Numbered from the stretch's first letter, positions 42,351-51,684 are shown. The stretch: DNA of 64,000 nucleotides from an uncultured bacterium (GCA_963726455.1 CAVSCK010000004.1:1216001-1280000), one strand, 5' to 3'. The notes: generated by a model not told the origin, from the letters alone. Numbers and translations are program-made.

Positions 42351-44139
42351 GTACCTTCGCTTCCTGGTGCTCCTGGAACTGCAGCCGGAACAACTTCTCG
42401 AAATAGCCCTTCTGCGCAAGCAGTTCCCGATAGGTTCCGCGTTCGATAATCCGCCCTTCGCGGATGACCAGAATCAAGTCCGCATCCAGAATGGTCGTCA
42501 GGCGGTGCGCGATGATCAACGACGTGCGTCCCGTGAGCAACCGCTTGAGGGCAATCTGTATCCGCTTCTCCGTGTGCGGATCGACCGAGCTGGTGGCTTC
42601 GTCGAGCAACAACACTTGCGGATTGAACACCATCGCCCGCGCAAATGACAACAGTTGCCGTTCGCCACGACTCAGATTGCCTCCGCGCTCGGAGACTTCG
42701 GTTTCATACTTCTTCGGCATTTTCTCGATAAAGCGATCTGCCGACACGAGGCGCGCCGTACTGCGCAATGCTTCCTCGGAAACGCCTTCCTGTTCCAGCG
42801 TGATGTTCTGTTTGACATTGCCGGGGAACAGGAAAATGTCCTGCAACACCAGGCCGAATTTCGCGCGCAAATCCTCGGTCGCGATGTTTCGGACATCGAT
42901 TCCGTCAACCAGCACGCGGCCTTCCGTCGGATCGTAGAAACGAAGCAATAGACTTATCAACGTGCTTTTGCCGCCGCCGGTAACGCCGACCAGAGCCACT
43001 TTCTGACCCTTCTTGATCTCGAATGACATCTCCCGAATAGCGAAATTGCCGTCGTTGGTGTATGACAGTCCGACGTTCTCAAACGCAATCGACTTCTCGA
43101 TACCCTGCCATTTCACCGGCAGCGCAGCTTCCGGAATCGCCTCTTCATTCGACAGAAGCGCAAATATCCGTCGCGCACCGGAAATGGCGCGCTGTACGAC
43201 ATAAAGCTGTTCCGACGCGCGGTGAATCGGCATAAAGAAGTACTGGATATAGGTTATGAACATCATCAGTGTTCCCGCCGTGGCGGTACTGCCCGACACC
43301 AGGTAGGCGCCGGCAAGAATCACCGATGCGATCGACACGCGCTCGATGAAGAACACCAGGTTGAAGAACGTCGTGTTGGCGATGTTCACCGCCGCATCGG
43401 CTCTGTACTTCTGGCGATTGGCCTCGTTTACGCGATCCCGCGCCAGCTTCTGGCGATTGAAAATCTGTACGATGCTCATACCCTGCAGGTACTCGGTGAT
43501 CGTGGCGATGATGTCCGCCATGCGTCTGCGCACTTCCAGGAAACGCGGATTCGTGTAGCGCTGATATATGTACAGTAGCACTACCACGATGGGTGCATAT
43601 GCCAACACCACCAGCGTCAGTCTCCAGTCGAAATAGAACATGACGGTAAACATGGCGACGATCAAAATCACGTCGCCGACCAGCATGACTACGGTCGAGG
43701 TGAAAAGCTGGCGCAAAGATTCGCCGTCGGATTCGACCCGCGAAAGCAGGCGTCCCACCGGGTTCCGGTCAAAGAATGACACCGACCGGCCGATGATGTG
43801 ATCGAAGCAGCGCTGCTTGAGCTTCAGGATCGCGTCCTGCCCGATTATTTCGAGATGCACCCGCTGCCAGTAGCTAGCCACTACAAACACTAGTTGCAGG
43901 GCGGCATAAATCACCGCGGTTCGTATCAAACCTGAACTGTCTTTGCCCGGGATGTCAATGTCAAGGGCACGCTTAATCAGGAGCGGGCCGACAATCGACA
44001 TCGATGTCGAAGCGGCTAACAAGATCATGTTGAAGATCAGTCGGCGTCGGTACGGCTTCAGCAGCGGCAGCAGCGCCTTGAATGCCTGCGTCGAGCTAAA
44101 GCCTTTTTCCTGTTCCTGTTCGTAATATGATTGATCCAT
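42337..44139 (-). CDS. ABC exporter half-transporter (TMD+NBD), partner of the downstream gene
   Basis: PVGRLLSRV, GVTGGGKS, degenerate signature LSRGERQ, LLDEATSSVD, IAHRL. Confidence 0.92.
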   Translation of the reverse strand: MDQSYYEQEQEKGFSSTQAFKALLPLLKPYRRRLIFNMILLAASTSMSIVGPLLIKRALDIDIPGKDSSGLIRTAVIYAALQLVFVVASYWQRVHLEIIGQDAILKLKQRCFDHIIGRSVSFFDRNPVGRLLSRVESDGESLRQLFTSTVVMLVGDVILIVAMFTVMFYFDWRLTLVVLAYAPIVVVLLYIYQRYTNPRFLEVRRRMADIIATITEYLQGMSIVQIFNRQKLARDRVNEANRQKYRADAAVNIANTTFFNLVFFIERVSIASVILAGAYLVSGSTATAGTLMMFITYIQYFFMPIHRASEQLYVVQRAISGARRIFALLSNEEAIPEAALPVKWQGIEKSIAFENVGLSYTNDGNFAIREMSFEIKKGQKVALVGVTGGGKSTLISLLLRFYDPTEGRVLVDGIDVRNIATEDLRAKFGLVLQDIFLFPGNVKQNITLEQEGVSEEALRSTARLVSADRFIEKMPKKYETEVSERGGNLSRGERQLLSFARAMVFNPQVLLLDEATSSVDPHTEKRIQIALKRLLTGRTSLIIAHRLTTILDADLILVIREGRIIERGTYRELLAQKGYFEKLFRLQFQEHQEAKVHDVA

Positions 44140-44196
44140 CTAAATCTCTTAATACTAATGTCTACGCTTAAACTCTGTCTTGTGCCGACCTTCTGG

Positions 44197-44232
44197 AAAA
44201 AAAAGAGCCGGACTTCATCAGGAGTCCGGCTC
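44197..44232 (-). terminator. Intrinsic terminator in the ABC exporter leader (probable attenuator)
   Basis: Minus strand GAGCCGGACT-N8-AGTCCGGCTC followed by T8. Confidence 0.85.
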
Positions 44233-44258
44233 GGTATGTCCAAATATAGCCCAATGGC

Positions 44259-44351
44259 TTAAATTGGCGGCCTACACCGAGGCGGAACCCCTGCCGAGAC
44301 AGTATCATAAGACACTGCCAGGGTTGTCAATCTCATAAGGAAATTGTTCAT
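44259..44351 (-). CDS. Putative leader peptide MNNFLMRLTTLAVSYDTVSAGVPPRCRPPI
   Basis: GAGGAG RBS, ATG, 30 codons, TAA; lies between a promoter and a terminator; below the ORF-track size cutoff. Confidence 0.65.
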   Translation of the reverse strand: MNNFLMRLTTLAVSYDTVSAGVPPRCRPPI

Positions 44352-44424
44352 CTAGGGTTCTCTCCTCTGCAAAAGCACCCGGATACACCCCGGCTGCTGA
44401 CAAATAGTAACTTGAACTACGCTG

Positions 44425-44452
44425 AGTATAGCCCAAGGTTTCGGCGTGTCAA
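44425..44452 (-). promoter_or_regulatory. Sigma70 promoter for the leader peptide / ABC operon
   Basis: TTGACA-N16-TATACT with an upstream T-tract. Confidence 0.7.
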
Positions 44453-44493
44453 GAAAAAAATTCACTTTCTTCGACCGAACTTCGACAAGACGT

Positions 44494-45054
44494 CTAGGGC
44501 AGCTTGGATTTCACGGAAAGTGTAGCGACAACGGTTTTAGTGGTCTTGTCTTCGATTGTCACGAGCCACGTAGGTTCGGAATACTTCACGTCAAAGCTGT
44601 AGCGGTGTTTCGCCTTTACGGTAAGAGGCATCCGAAATGGTTCAGTTACGAAATCCCTTATTCCCTTCGGTCGCAGAAAACTTCCGGCACACCTCACTGT
44701 CAGTTCGTGAGGCCCGGGTGACAACATGACTCTCCGAAGTTGGTAAGACTCCGCGAATTCCGCACCTGCTTTGTCATAGCCCCAGCCAGTACTTGGATTA
44801 CCCGGCCGTTCGGCCTGGCTGTAGTCGTCCTTCACGCCATGAAGGATCATCGAGACAGACAACGTGTCAATCTTCACTGCGTAAACAAGCATGGTGCTGT
44901 CTGACGAAGTGCGCCCCTTTTGGGTACACAATTGGAATTCGGCAACGGAATCCTTGGGCATTTGTTTCCCGTCAAACGTTTTGGCTGTGCCTCCGCAAAT
45001 GCCGTATCCGTTCACAACGAGACTGATCGTAATTAACGCGAGAATCGTCCTCAT
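44494..45054 (-). CDS. Exported hypothetical protein, paralog 3 of a tandem family
   Basis: DGKQMPKDSVAEF...PGPH...C...KHRY...W.V.IEDKTTK motifs shared with both upstream neighbours. Confidence 0.7.
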   Translation of the reverse strand: MRTILALITISLVVNGYGICGGTAKTFDGKQMPKDSVAEFQLCTQKGRTSSDSTMLVYAVKIDTLSVSMILHGVKDDYSQAERPGNPSTGWGYDKAGAEFAESYQLRRVMLSPGPHELTVRCAGSFLRPKGIRDFVTEPFRMPLTVKAKHRYSFDVKYSEPTWLVTIEDKTTKTVVATLSVKSKLP

Positions 45055-45269
45055 AATGTGTCCTTTCCCGCAGGCGATATGGGGCCTGTTTACGTTCGGC
45101 GCAGTGACTCGCAAAACGCCCTCAAATGATTTCGGATAGAGTGAATTAAGAGCGCGACCCTGGGGCGAACAAGAAAAATCTTTTGCACTTACGTGGAGTG
45201 TAGACAAGGGCTAACTCGTCCCAAGGCAGGATCATGGAGTTTTCCGAAGCCCTCCATTGCCGATTCCCG

Positions 45270-45827
45270 TCACTCTACGATTGGTGACGTGCCCGCTACC
45301 CGTACCTTCGTGCCTCGATCTTCAATCCACACATCCCAATTGTTGCGAACGATCTTACCTCCGAGTCGATAGCGATGCCCGGCAACACAGTCAAACGCCA
45401 GAGGAATCGGCGATGAATACACAATCCGCCGTATAGACTTTTCGCTTCTCCGGCCGGTGCACTTGATCACGATAATATGGCGGCCTTGCGCCAGATAGAC
45501 TTTGCCGACTTTCTCCGCCAAGTCAAAGTCAACCAGGGCCGAGTCCAGTTGTTCGAGGGGGTTTGAAGCTGGAGCCACAGAGTCGGCCCCTTGATTCTTC
45601 CTTTGACCTCCGGAATGAAGTTGGGAAGTGGTGATCGTGTCAATTTGGCTGGCGTATACAAACAGGATCGTATCCAAAAAGCGATTGCCGACCTTTTGGA
45701 AGATGTCCAGTTCCGCCACCGAGTTCTTTGGCATCTTGCGTCCGTCGACTAGCTTAACATCACCGGCAGATACATGGGCTATCGCAGTTAGTAGACATGT
45801 GAACAAAAAAGCTGAGACAATCCTCAT
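45270..45827 (-). CDS. Exported hypothetical protein, paralog 2
   Basis: DGRKMPKNSVAEL...AGHRY...WDVWIEDRGTK; GAGG RBS. Confidence 0.7.
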   Translation of the reverse strand: MRIVSAFLFTCLLTAIAHVSAGDVKLVDGRKMPKNSVAELDIFQKVGNRFLDTILFVYASQIDTITTSQLHSGGQRKNQGADSVAPASNPLEQLDSALVDFDLAEKVGKVYLAQGRHIIVIKCTGRRSEKSIRRIVYSSPIPLAFDCVAGHRYRLGGKIVRNNWDVWIEDRGTKVRVAGTSPIVE

Positions 45828-45838
45828 AGTGTGCTTCC

Positions 45839-46393
45839 TCATTGCAAAACCTGTGCCGTTGTCGCAACGGTATCCTTAGTATCTTTATCCTCAATCCAGA
45901 CGTTCCACTTATCGACGACGATCGCCGCTCTCAGCCAGTAGCGGTGACCCGCCAGGCATTTCAGCGATAAAGGGATACGAGATGAAATTAAGCATGCGAG
46001 TCGACCTCTACCCTCAATCATACCATAGCAATTTGCTTTCACAATGTGCTTCCCAGGAGCTAGGTAGATTTTACCCGCGATGCCGATCCAATCACAATAC
46101 GCGCCTTCCGAAACTTGCACTTCCAGAAACACCGGGATATCGGAGAGAGTATCAACTTTTACCGGTTGGCGTTCGCTTCCATGAAACAGTTGGGGAGACG
46201 AAACACCATCCACCTCTGCTACCAGCACATCCCATGTGCTGTCCTGAGCCTGCCCTCCTTTGCCGGAAAGGTCGAATTCCGCAGTCAGTTCCTTCGACAT
46301 CTTCCTCCCGTCCAGAGTCCTGACTCTGCCCGTCGGCGCGCAGCCCAGAGCCAGCAACATCGATAGCATGATCGTCACGGCGCACGATTTCAT
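45839..46393 (-). CDS. Lipoprotein, paralog 1
   Basis: Lipobox ALGC; DGRKMSKELTAEF...AGHRY...WNVWIEDKDTK. Confidence 0.7.
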   Translation of the reverse strand: MKSCAVTIMLSMLLALGCAPTGRVRTLDGRKMSKELTAEFDLSGKGGQAQDSTWDVLVAEVDGVSSPQLFHGSERQPVKVDTLSDIPVFLEVQVSEGAYCDWIGIAGKIYLAPGKHIVKANCYGMIEGRGRLACLISSRIPLSLKCLAGHRYWLRAAIVVDKWNVWIEDKDTKDTVATTAQVLQ

Positions 46394-46699
46394 CGAGGTA
46401 CTTTTCCTACTCCAGTATCTGGTAGCTGCTATGGTACACTGACGGATTACGGATGACAAACTCTTTTCTTTACTTTTTTGCCCGGAGGGAATCTTTTGCG
46501 CACTGCATAGTCCCGCATCAGCTTGAGGCAAAGAGTCCGAAATTTTCTAATGTAGCTTTCTGGGCGGTCAAATATAGGGCGTGGAGCATCAAGAATGAAC
46601 GAAAAGGCAGAAAATTCACATTTTGACCTCTACGCGCCGAAATTCTCTTGCCATTAGATATGGTTTCCGACATTATTAGACATATTAAGAGGTACTAAG

Positions 46700-47575
46700 A
46701 TGAAGATTGGTGAGATCGTCCGTAGATCGTTCATTCTTGCATGGGAACTCAAGAGTCTCTGGATCTTCGCGTTTTTCCTGACTCCCAATCTCATTGGAAT
46801 TCGATTGTATAACCCTCAGTACGATCCAGCGGGGGACTTTCCCTGGGAACAAATACTCCGCTTTATGATGATTGGCGGGATTGCTGCCGCGTTCTATATG
46901 TTTGTGACGCCGATGATTCAGGCAACGCTGATTATCATTGTCTTCCAACGGGAGCGGGGCACTCGCATGACCCTCAAGGATGGTATCAGTCGCTCCCTGG
47001 ATTACTACTGGCGATGTTTTCTGCTCAGTCTTTATTGGCTGTTCATCGCGCTCTTAATAGGAATTGCGGCGACGTTGATCCTGGTTCCGGCGTTCCTGGT
47101 CCATCTCGCTGTCGGACTACTTGTCTCGTTTGTCATGGTACCGGTCTTGCTTTTGCTGCTTCTCGCATATCTTGCCGTCACCGCCTACTCGTATCGCTTT
47201 GTCGTGATCGAAAATCAGAGCGTTCGTACCGCCATCAAAACCACCTACTCGTTCTTCAAGGAGCGTAAGGCGCAGTCGCTTATCGCGTCGGTAGCCAATT
47301 TTGCGATCGCATTCGGGATTAGCATGGTCACCGGCATCGTGGTGGTTATGGTTCAATTTCTGCTCGCGCTACCTGCGGTAGTGGCAGGAGAGTCTCTGCT
47401 GTCGGTTGGCTCTAATCTCCCATCCGTGGCGTTTTCGGTAGTAGTCTCGCTGGTGGTCATGGGATTCTGCAGTCTTTTCAATTCGGCGTTCTGGACAATA
47501 TTCATTGTGGGGTCATACAGCTGGCCGGCCGTGACAGTGGCAGACACGCCACCGTTGCCTTCATTTGAGGTCTGA
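46700..47575 (+). CDS. Multi-pass membrane protein of unknown function
   Basis: GAGG RBS; about six TM helices. Confidence 0.7.
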   Translation: MKIGEIVRRSFILAWELKSLWIFAFFLTPNLIGIRLYNPQYDPAGDFPWEQILRFMMIGGIAAAFYMFVTPMIQATLIIIVFQRERGTRMTLKDGISRSLDYYWRCFLLSLYWLFIALLIGIAATLILVPAFLVHLAVGLLVSFVMVPVLLLLLLAYLAVTAYSYRFVVIENQSVRTAIKTTYSFFKERKAQSLIASVANFAIAFGISMVTGIVVVMVQFLLALPAVVAGESLLSVGSNLPSVAFSVVVSLVVMGFCSLFNSAFWTIFIVGSYSWPAVTVADTPPLPSFEV

Positions 47576-47700
47576 ATCCAGCGTCAGCAGATTCATGTTA
47601 ATTTCGAGTGCCTCAATCTTGACAAAGTCATACTGCTATCGCTACTTTGAAGCTGTTAGATGAATCAATACAATCGAAAACGAACGGAGGCAATAGAGCC

Positions 47701-48018
47701 ATGTTGAAACCATCTTATAATCCTGACGACCCACTTGAAGTGTCGGAATTTCTGCGGGCACTAGTCACCACCTGGGCGGACAAGAACGAGGGACCATCGC
47801 GGGCCAGACGCGCGATCCAGGATATCGCGGGATCAGGCGACGACGGTATGCGGCTGCTGAGAGAATGCAGTGCTTTGATTGGCCGCTATCACGTAGGCGC
47901 CACCGATATGCGCCTATTCCCACTTAACGTGATTGCCGGACGACCGATCCCGGTTGCCGATATTTTGAGGTCAATGCAGCAGGAGCTGAACACCTACATC
48001 CGGCGTCTGATGGTCTAG
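47701..48018 (+). CDS. Hypothetical protein
   Basis: GGAGG upstream of the ATG at 47701. Confidence 0.5.
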   Translation: MLKPSYNPDDPLEVSEFLRALVTTWADKNEGPSRARRAIQDIAGSGDDGMRLLRECSALIGRYHVGATDMRLFPLNVIAGRPIPVADILRSMQQELNTYIRRLMV

Positions 48019-48148
48019 TTTGGGCCGAAATTTCTGTAGATCAGTTATCATGGCCCATCATTTTCGGAACTTGACAAGCGAACGTACGATATATACTTAT
48101 GAGAGGTGCGCGGCGGGTTTCTGTCGCGTACATCAGACAAGTATCCTT

Positions 48149-48514
48149 GGGGGTGATTTGGTTTCGACGGGGTTACCGAGGATTGACTTGCGCGCCGAGT
48201 TTGCGCCAGACTCGTTAAACGGGTGCAAAACAATTAGCTGGCAACTATGCCATTGCTGCCTAACTAGCAAAAACTAGTTAAGCCGTCGGGCGCGAGGCCC
48301 GCCATCAGGCGTCGCGTTTCCGGCGTCGACAAATGATGGATAGCTTCAACGTTTGGCTTGGCGATGAAGAAGCGAAACTACAAGCGAAGCTGGTCTAACG
48401 CCAGCCTTAGTCTTTCGGCGGTGCGTTAGACGAGAAATAAATGAAAGAACACGCGCGTAGACGGTTAGTTGTCGGTTTCTTCGGACGGGGGTTCGATTCC
48501 CCCCACCTCCACCA
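48149..48514 (+). ncRNA. ssrA: tmRNA (one-piece)
   Basis: 5' GGGGGTGATTTGGTTTCGACGGGG; 3' GGGGGTTCGATTCCCCCCACCTCCACCA with G3-U70 acceptor pair; pk1; tag frame ending GNYAIAA*; TTGACA...TATACT upstream at 48071-48097. Confidence 0.95.
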
Positions 48515-48521
48515 TTTTCAA

Positions 48522-48550
48522 GTGTCAAGGACGAGGCGGTTCTGATATTC
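48522..48550 (-). repeat. REP-like family A copy just after tmRNA
   Basis: GTGTCAAGGACGAGGCGGTTCTGA. Confidence 0.6.
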
Positions 48551-48583
48551 GTTCCTGTAACCTGAGAAAAGGACTCAGCTAGG

Positions 48584-49351
48584 ATGCAGATCAAAGCGAA
48601 CTGTGATATCTACTACGATGACATCGTACGTGTGCTTTCTGGGCCCCTAGAAGGGCGAGTAGGAGTTGTGGATGACGAAGAATCGGGGAACGCCATTGTG
48701 CACTTTGGGGGATACTTTCTTACTCCGCAATATTACTTGATCGATCCGGATAACCTGAAACACTGCAGCGTCGATGATTATCTCAAACGGGAAGCGGAGA
48801 TCGTTACAGCACTTTTCACAAATCATGATCGTTCTTGGAAACATCGGTATGAGCTTCTTGCTGAACTCGAATTGATCAGAGGGGAGCTTGCCGCGGGCCT
48901 CAATCCAACTGACATGTGGTTTGACAAGAAGACGAGACGCAAGATCACAAAGGTATTCCTTGCGCACTCTGCAAATGACAAGCCCATCGCCAGGGCAATT
49001 CGTCTTGACCTCTTGAATAGAGGTTTCGATGTGTGGATAGACGAACAGGAAATCTTCGCCGGTGAGTCAATACCAGTCAAGATATCGAGAGCGATTGCAG
49101 AGTCGCACTTCATGGTTGTTCTTCTGTCTGGCGCTTCTGTTGCGTCAAAGTGGGTGGAAAAAGAATGGGCAACGAAGATTATCCAGGAAATTCCAGCGGG
49201 CAGAGTTTCCATTATTCCTGCCCTTTTGGAGCCCTGCGCCATACCAGCCGTATTGAGAGACAAGAGGTATGCGGACTTCACGGAGAGCTACGGGGACGGC
49301 CTAAGAGAGTTGGTCAAGGGGCTAGCCAGACCGAGGGCAACAAAGAGGTGA
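48584..49351 (+). CDS. TIR-domain protein with N-terminal KOW-like motif
   Basis: DIVRVLSGPLEGRVGVV (KOW-like); VFLAHSANDK, VWIDEQEIFAGESI, SKWVEKEW (putative catalytic Glu), YADF. Confidence 0.85.
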   Translation: MQIKANCDIYYDDIVRVLSGPLEGRVGVVDDEESGNAIVHFGGYFLTPQYYLIDPDNLKHCSVDDYLKREAEIVTALFTNHDRSWKHRYELLAELELIRGELAAGLNPTDMWFDKKTRRKITKVFLAHSANDKPIARAIRLDLLNRGFDVWIDEQEIFAGESIPVKISRAIAESHFMVVLLSGASVASKWVEKEWATKIIQEIPAGRVSIIPALLEPCAIPAVLRDKRYADFTESYGDGLRELVKGLARPRATKR

Positions 49352-49408
49352 AGGAGTGGTCATAATCATGAGGAGTCCTTGCTTCTGCTGATGGAGCTAC
49401 TTTCTGGA

Positions 49409-49437
49409 GTGTCAAGACCGAGGCGGTTCTGGCCTGC
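49409..49437 (-). repeat. REP-like family A copy
   Basis: GTGTCAAGACCGAGGCGGTTCTGGCCTGC. Confidence 0.65.
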
Positions 49438-49476
49438 GCGATTGCGAGAAATTCGCTCCGTGAAGCGTTTGGCCAT

Positions 49477-50442
49477 ATGTTGAAAAGCGAAAATCGGTGG
49501 AGAGCCGTCCCGAGCGATAGTGGAACCATCTTTGAGCTTTTGAATAGGCAACTCATCGCGTTTTCGGAAGAGCATGAGGATGGCTTGCCCGAAATAGGCA
49601 CTGGGAAGAACGTCTTTGTAGGTAGCGACTACAGCGGCGAGCATCAGGAGGCCGACTACGAAGTGTATGCAATCCTAGTGGCACCCCTCGACAGTTGTAT
49701 GGAATGGGAATCGCGGCGAAGCGAAGTCAGAGAGAAATATCTTTCTGACGGTCGTAGAATGTCCTTCAAGGCCCTTCGCGATAAGAGGTGCCTCTCGGCC
49801 CTTCCGGAGTTCCTGGAAGCTGCTGATCATATTCCAGGACTCTGCGTGGCCTTTGCGGTACACAAGTCCGTGGGTTCACTTTTCGACAATCTAATATCAC
49901 CGAGATCTGAAGATCCCCTATTTCTGCCGTACCTGGGCTGGCCAAAGCATGTGCTCGAAAAGGCCGGTCGCCTCGCGCACTTCACGGGCTTTTTGCTGGG
50001 CGGGCTCTGCTCGTCAGGCCAGAACCTGCTTTGGATTACGGACGAAGATGCCGTGGCAGCTAACGTGGAACGCCTGAAGCAGTTCACCGATCTTTGTGGA
50101 TGGATCACAAGCCGCTATTTGAGTTTCGACATGGGACACATTAGGATCGGCACAACGGCTTCCGACAACGGCAGCAGATCTGTCGAGGATCTTGTTTCAG
50201 TTGCAGATATCGTTGCGGGAGCCATTTCTGAACAGCTCACCGCCCGGCGACGTTACGACTTCATCGACCCGACTAAAGTGTTCTGGCTCGCGAATCCAGA
50301 ATTCTCACATAAGACCAAGGACATAACATGGTGGTTTGCGTCTGTTCGTCAGCCGCTGAAGCGTCTTGTCTTCGTGATCGATGGAGAGGACAATTCCGTC
50401 AAAACCAAGGTGAGTTTCTTCCACTTCCACGATAGGTCGTAA
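49477..50442 (+). CDS. Hypothetical protein, possible RNase H-like (DUF3800-related) fold
   Basis: Acidic motifs VFVGSDYSG, WITDED and SVADIVAG spaced like a DUF3800-type catalytic set; fold assignment is inference. Confidence 0.55.
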   Translation: MLKSENRWRAVPSDSGTIFELLNRQLIAFSEEHEDGLPEIGTGKNVFVGSDYSGEHQEADYEVYAILVAPLDSCMEWESRRSEVREKYLSDGRRMSFKALRDKRCLSALPEFLEAADHIPGLCVAFAVHKSVGSLFDNLISPRSEDPLFLPYLGWPKHVLEKAGRLAHFTGFLLGGLCSSGQNLLWITDEDAVAANVERLKQFTDLCGWITSRYLSFDMGHIRIGTTASDNGSRSVEDLVSVADIVAGAISEQLTARRRYDFIDPTKVFWLANPEFSHKTKDITWWFASVRQPLKRLVFVIDGEDNSVKTKVSFFHFHDRS

Positions 50443-50559
50443 CGCATCATGGGTGGTGGCCCTTCGTGAAAGCAACAGGTAGGAGCGTTCTAGCTTGCCC
50501 AGTCGGCGTCTGTCTCGTGGCCGGAGATAAATGAACAGGTGAAGCGAAAGGAGCGGAGC

Positions 50560-51270
50560 ATGTTTAAATCCTTGAAACGGGCTTTTGCCCTAACAGATGG
50601 GTTAGAGGAACTGAAGAGGTTCAGTCCGATAACGTTTTTCGTAGAGAGAGTCTTCTTCTGCTTTCAGTACCTGTCGCCTGCGAATCTGCTATTCGGAACC
50701 CGCACGAGAGCCCACGAGATGGGCAAAGACGAAGAGAAATTCAGAGAAGTAACGGTAAAGAGGGGCCGCAAAATCGACGGCTACGTTCTGTGTTGGTTCG
50801 TTGTGTTGCTCCTCTGTGCTGTTGCCGCGGCGGACTCCCGAGAACCATTCAAGGCATTGATCATATTCCTGCCCGTACTCAGGATCTTCGACATTATGCA
50901 AGTTGCGATTAATATGGTAGTATTCGATCACTTGCGGACTACGCGAAAGCATTCCGTTTCTAGCGTTACCAGAACCCTTGTTATGGGGCTTTGGAACTTC
51001 GTCGAAATGGTGATCGCGTTCGGTATCCTATACTCCGCCATTATGCCGCAGATCGAAAATGCCAAGACTTGGTTCGACCCCTACTACTTCAGTGTCATAA
51101 CTCAATTGACCATCGGCTATGGTGATCTCACGCCGATCGGAGTGGCTCGAATGGTGACTGCTGTCCAAGGCATAGTAGGTGTTGTGTATGTGGTCATGAT
51201 GTTGTCAAGGTTCGTCTCTCTCATGCCCCGTATCGGCTCAGTCCAGACTAGCGAGAATCGCAAGGCATAG
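50560..51270 (+). CDS. Potassium-channel-family protein (Ion_trans_2 pore), no cytoplasmic gating domain
   Basis: YFSVITQLTIGYGDLTP selectivity filter; several TM helices. Confidence 0.85.
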   Translation: MFKSLKRAFALTDGLEELKRFSPITFFVERVFFCFQYLSPANLLFGTRTRAHEMGKDEEKFREVTVKRGRKIDGYVLCWFVVLLLCAVAAADSREPFKALIIFLPVLRIFDIMQVAINMVVFDHLRTTRKHSVSSVTRTLVMGLWNFVEMVIAFGILYSAIMPQIENAKTWFDPYYFSVITQLTIGYGDLTPIGVARMVTAVQGIVGVVYVVMMLSRFVSLMPRIGSVQTSENRKA

Positions 51271-51365
51271 GCTTGCCGTCCATGGCGGACACAAACTTGG
51301 GTGTCTGCCATTAGGCGACAGGGACCTGTGCCGCCAGCGGAAATCGAATTCAAGCTTCGACCAAA

Positions 51366-51684
51366 CGCCGAGTTTGCGCCAGACTCGTTAAACGGGTGCA
51401 AAACAATTAGCTGGCAACTATGCCATTGCTGCCTAACTAGCAAAAACTAGTTAAGCCGTCGGGCGCGAGGCCCGCCATCAGGCGTCGCGTTTCCGGCGTC
51501 GACAAATGATGGATAGCTTCAACGTTTGGCTTGGCGATGAAGAAGCGAAACTACAAGCGAAGCTGGTCTGACGCCAGCCTTAGTCTTTCGGCGGTGCGTC
51601 AGACGAGAAATAAATGAAAGAACACGCGCGTAGACGGTCAGTTGCCGGTTTCTTCGGACGGGGGTTCGATTCCCCCCACCTCCA
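51366..51684 (+). repeat. 319-nt direct copy of tmRNA lacking the first 44 nt and the terminal CCA
   Basis: Matches 48193-48511 with four substitutions found by eye. Confidence 0.95.

Noticed and set aside
44260-44445. 6S RNA or a known riboswitch in the ABC leader
   Set aside because: No convincing long hairpin or aptamer consensus; promoter, RBS, ORF and terminator explain the region better.
48020-48594. ORFs 48020-48277 and 48346-48594
   Set aside because: They overlap the tmRNA gene and are spurious translations.
50490-50545. Possible additional tmRNA remnant (GGAGATAAATGAACAG)
   Set aside because: The match to GAGAAATAAATGAAAGAAC is too short to separate from chance by eye.
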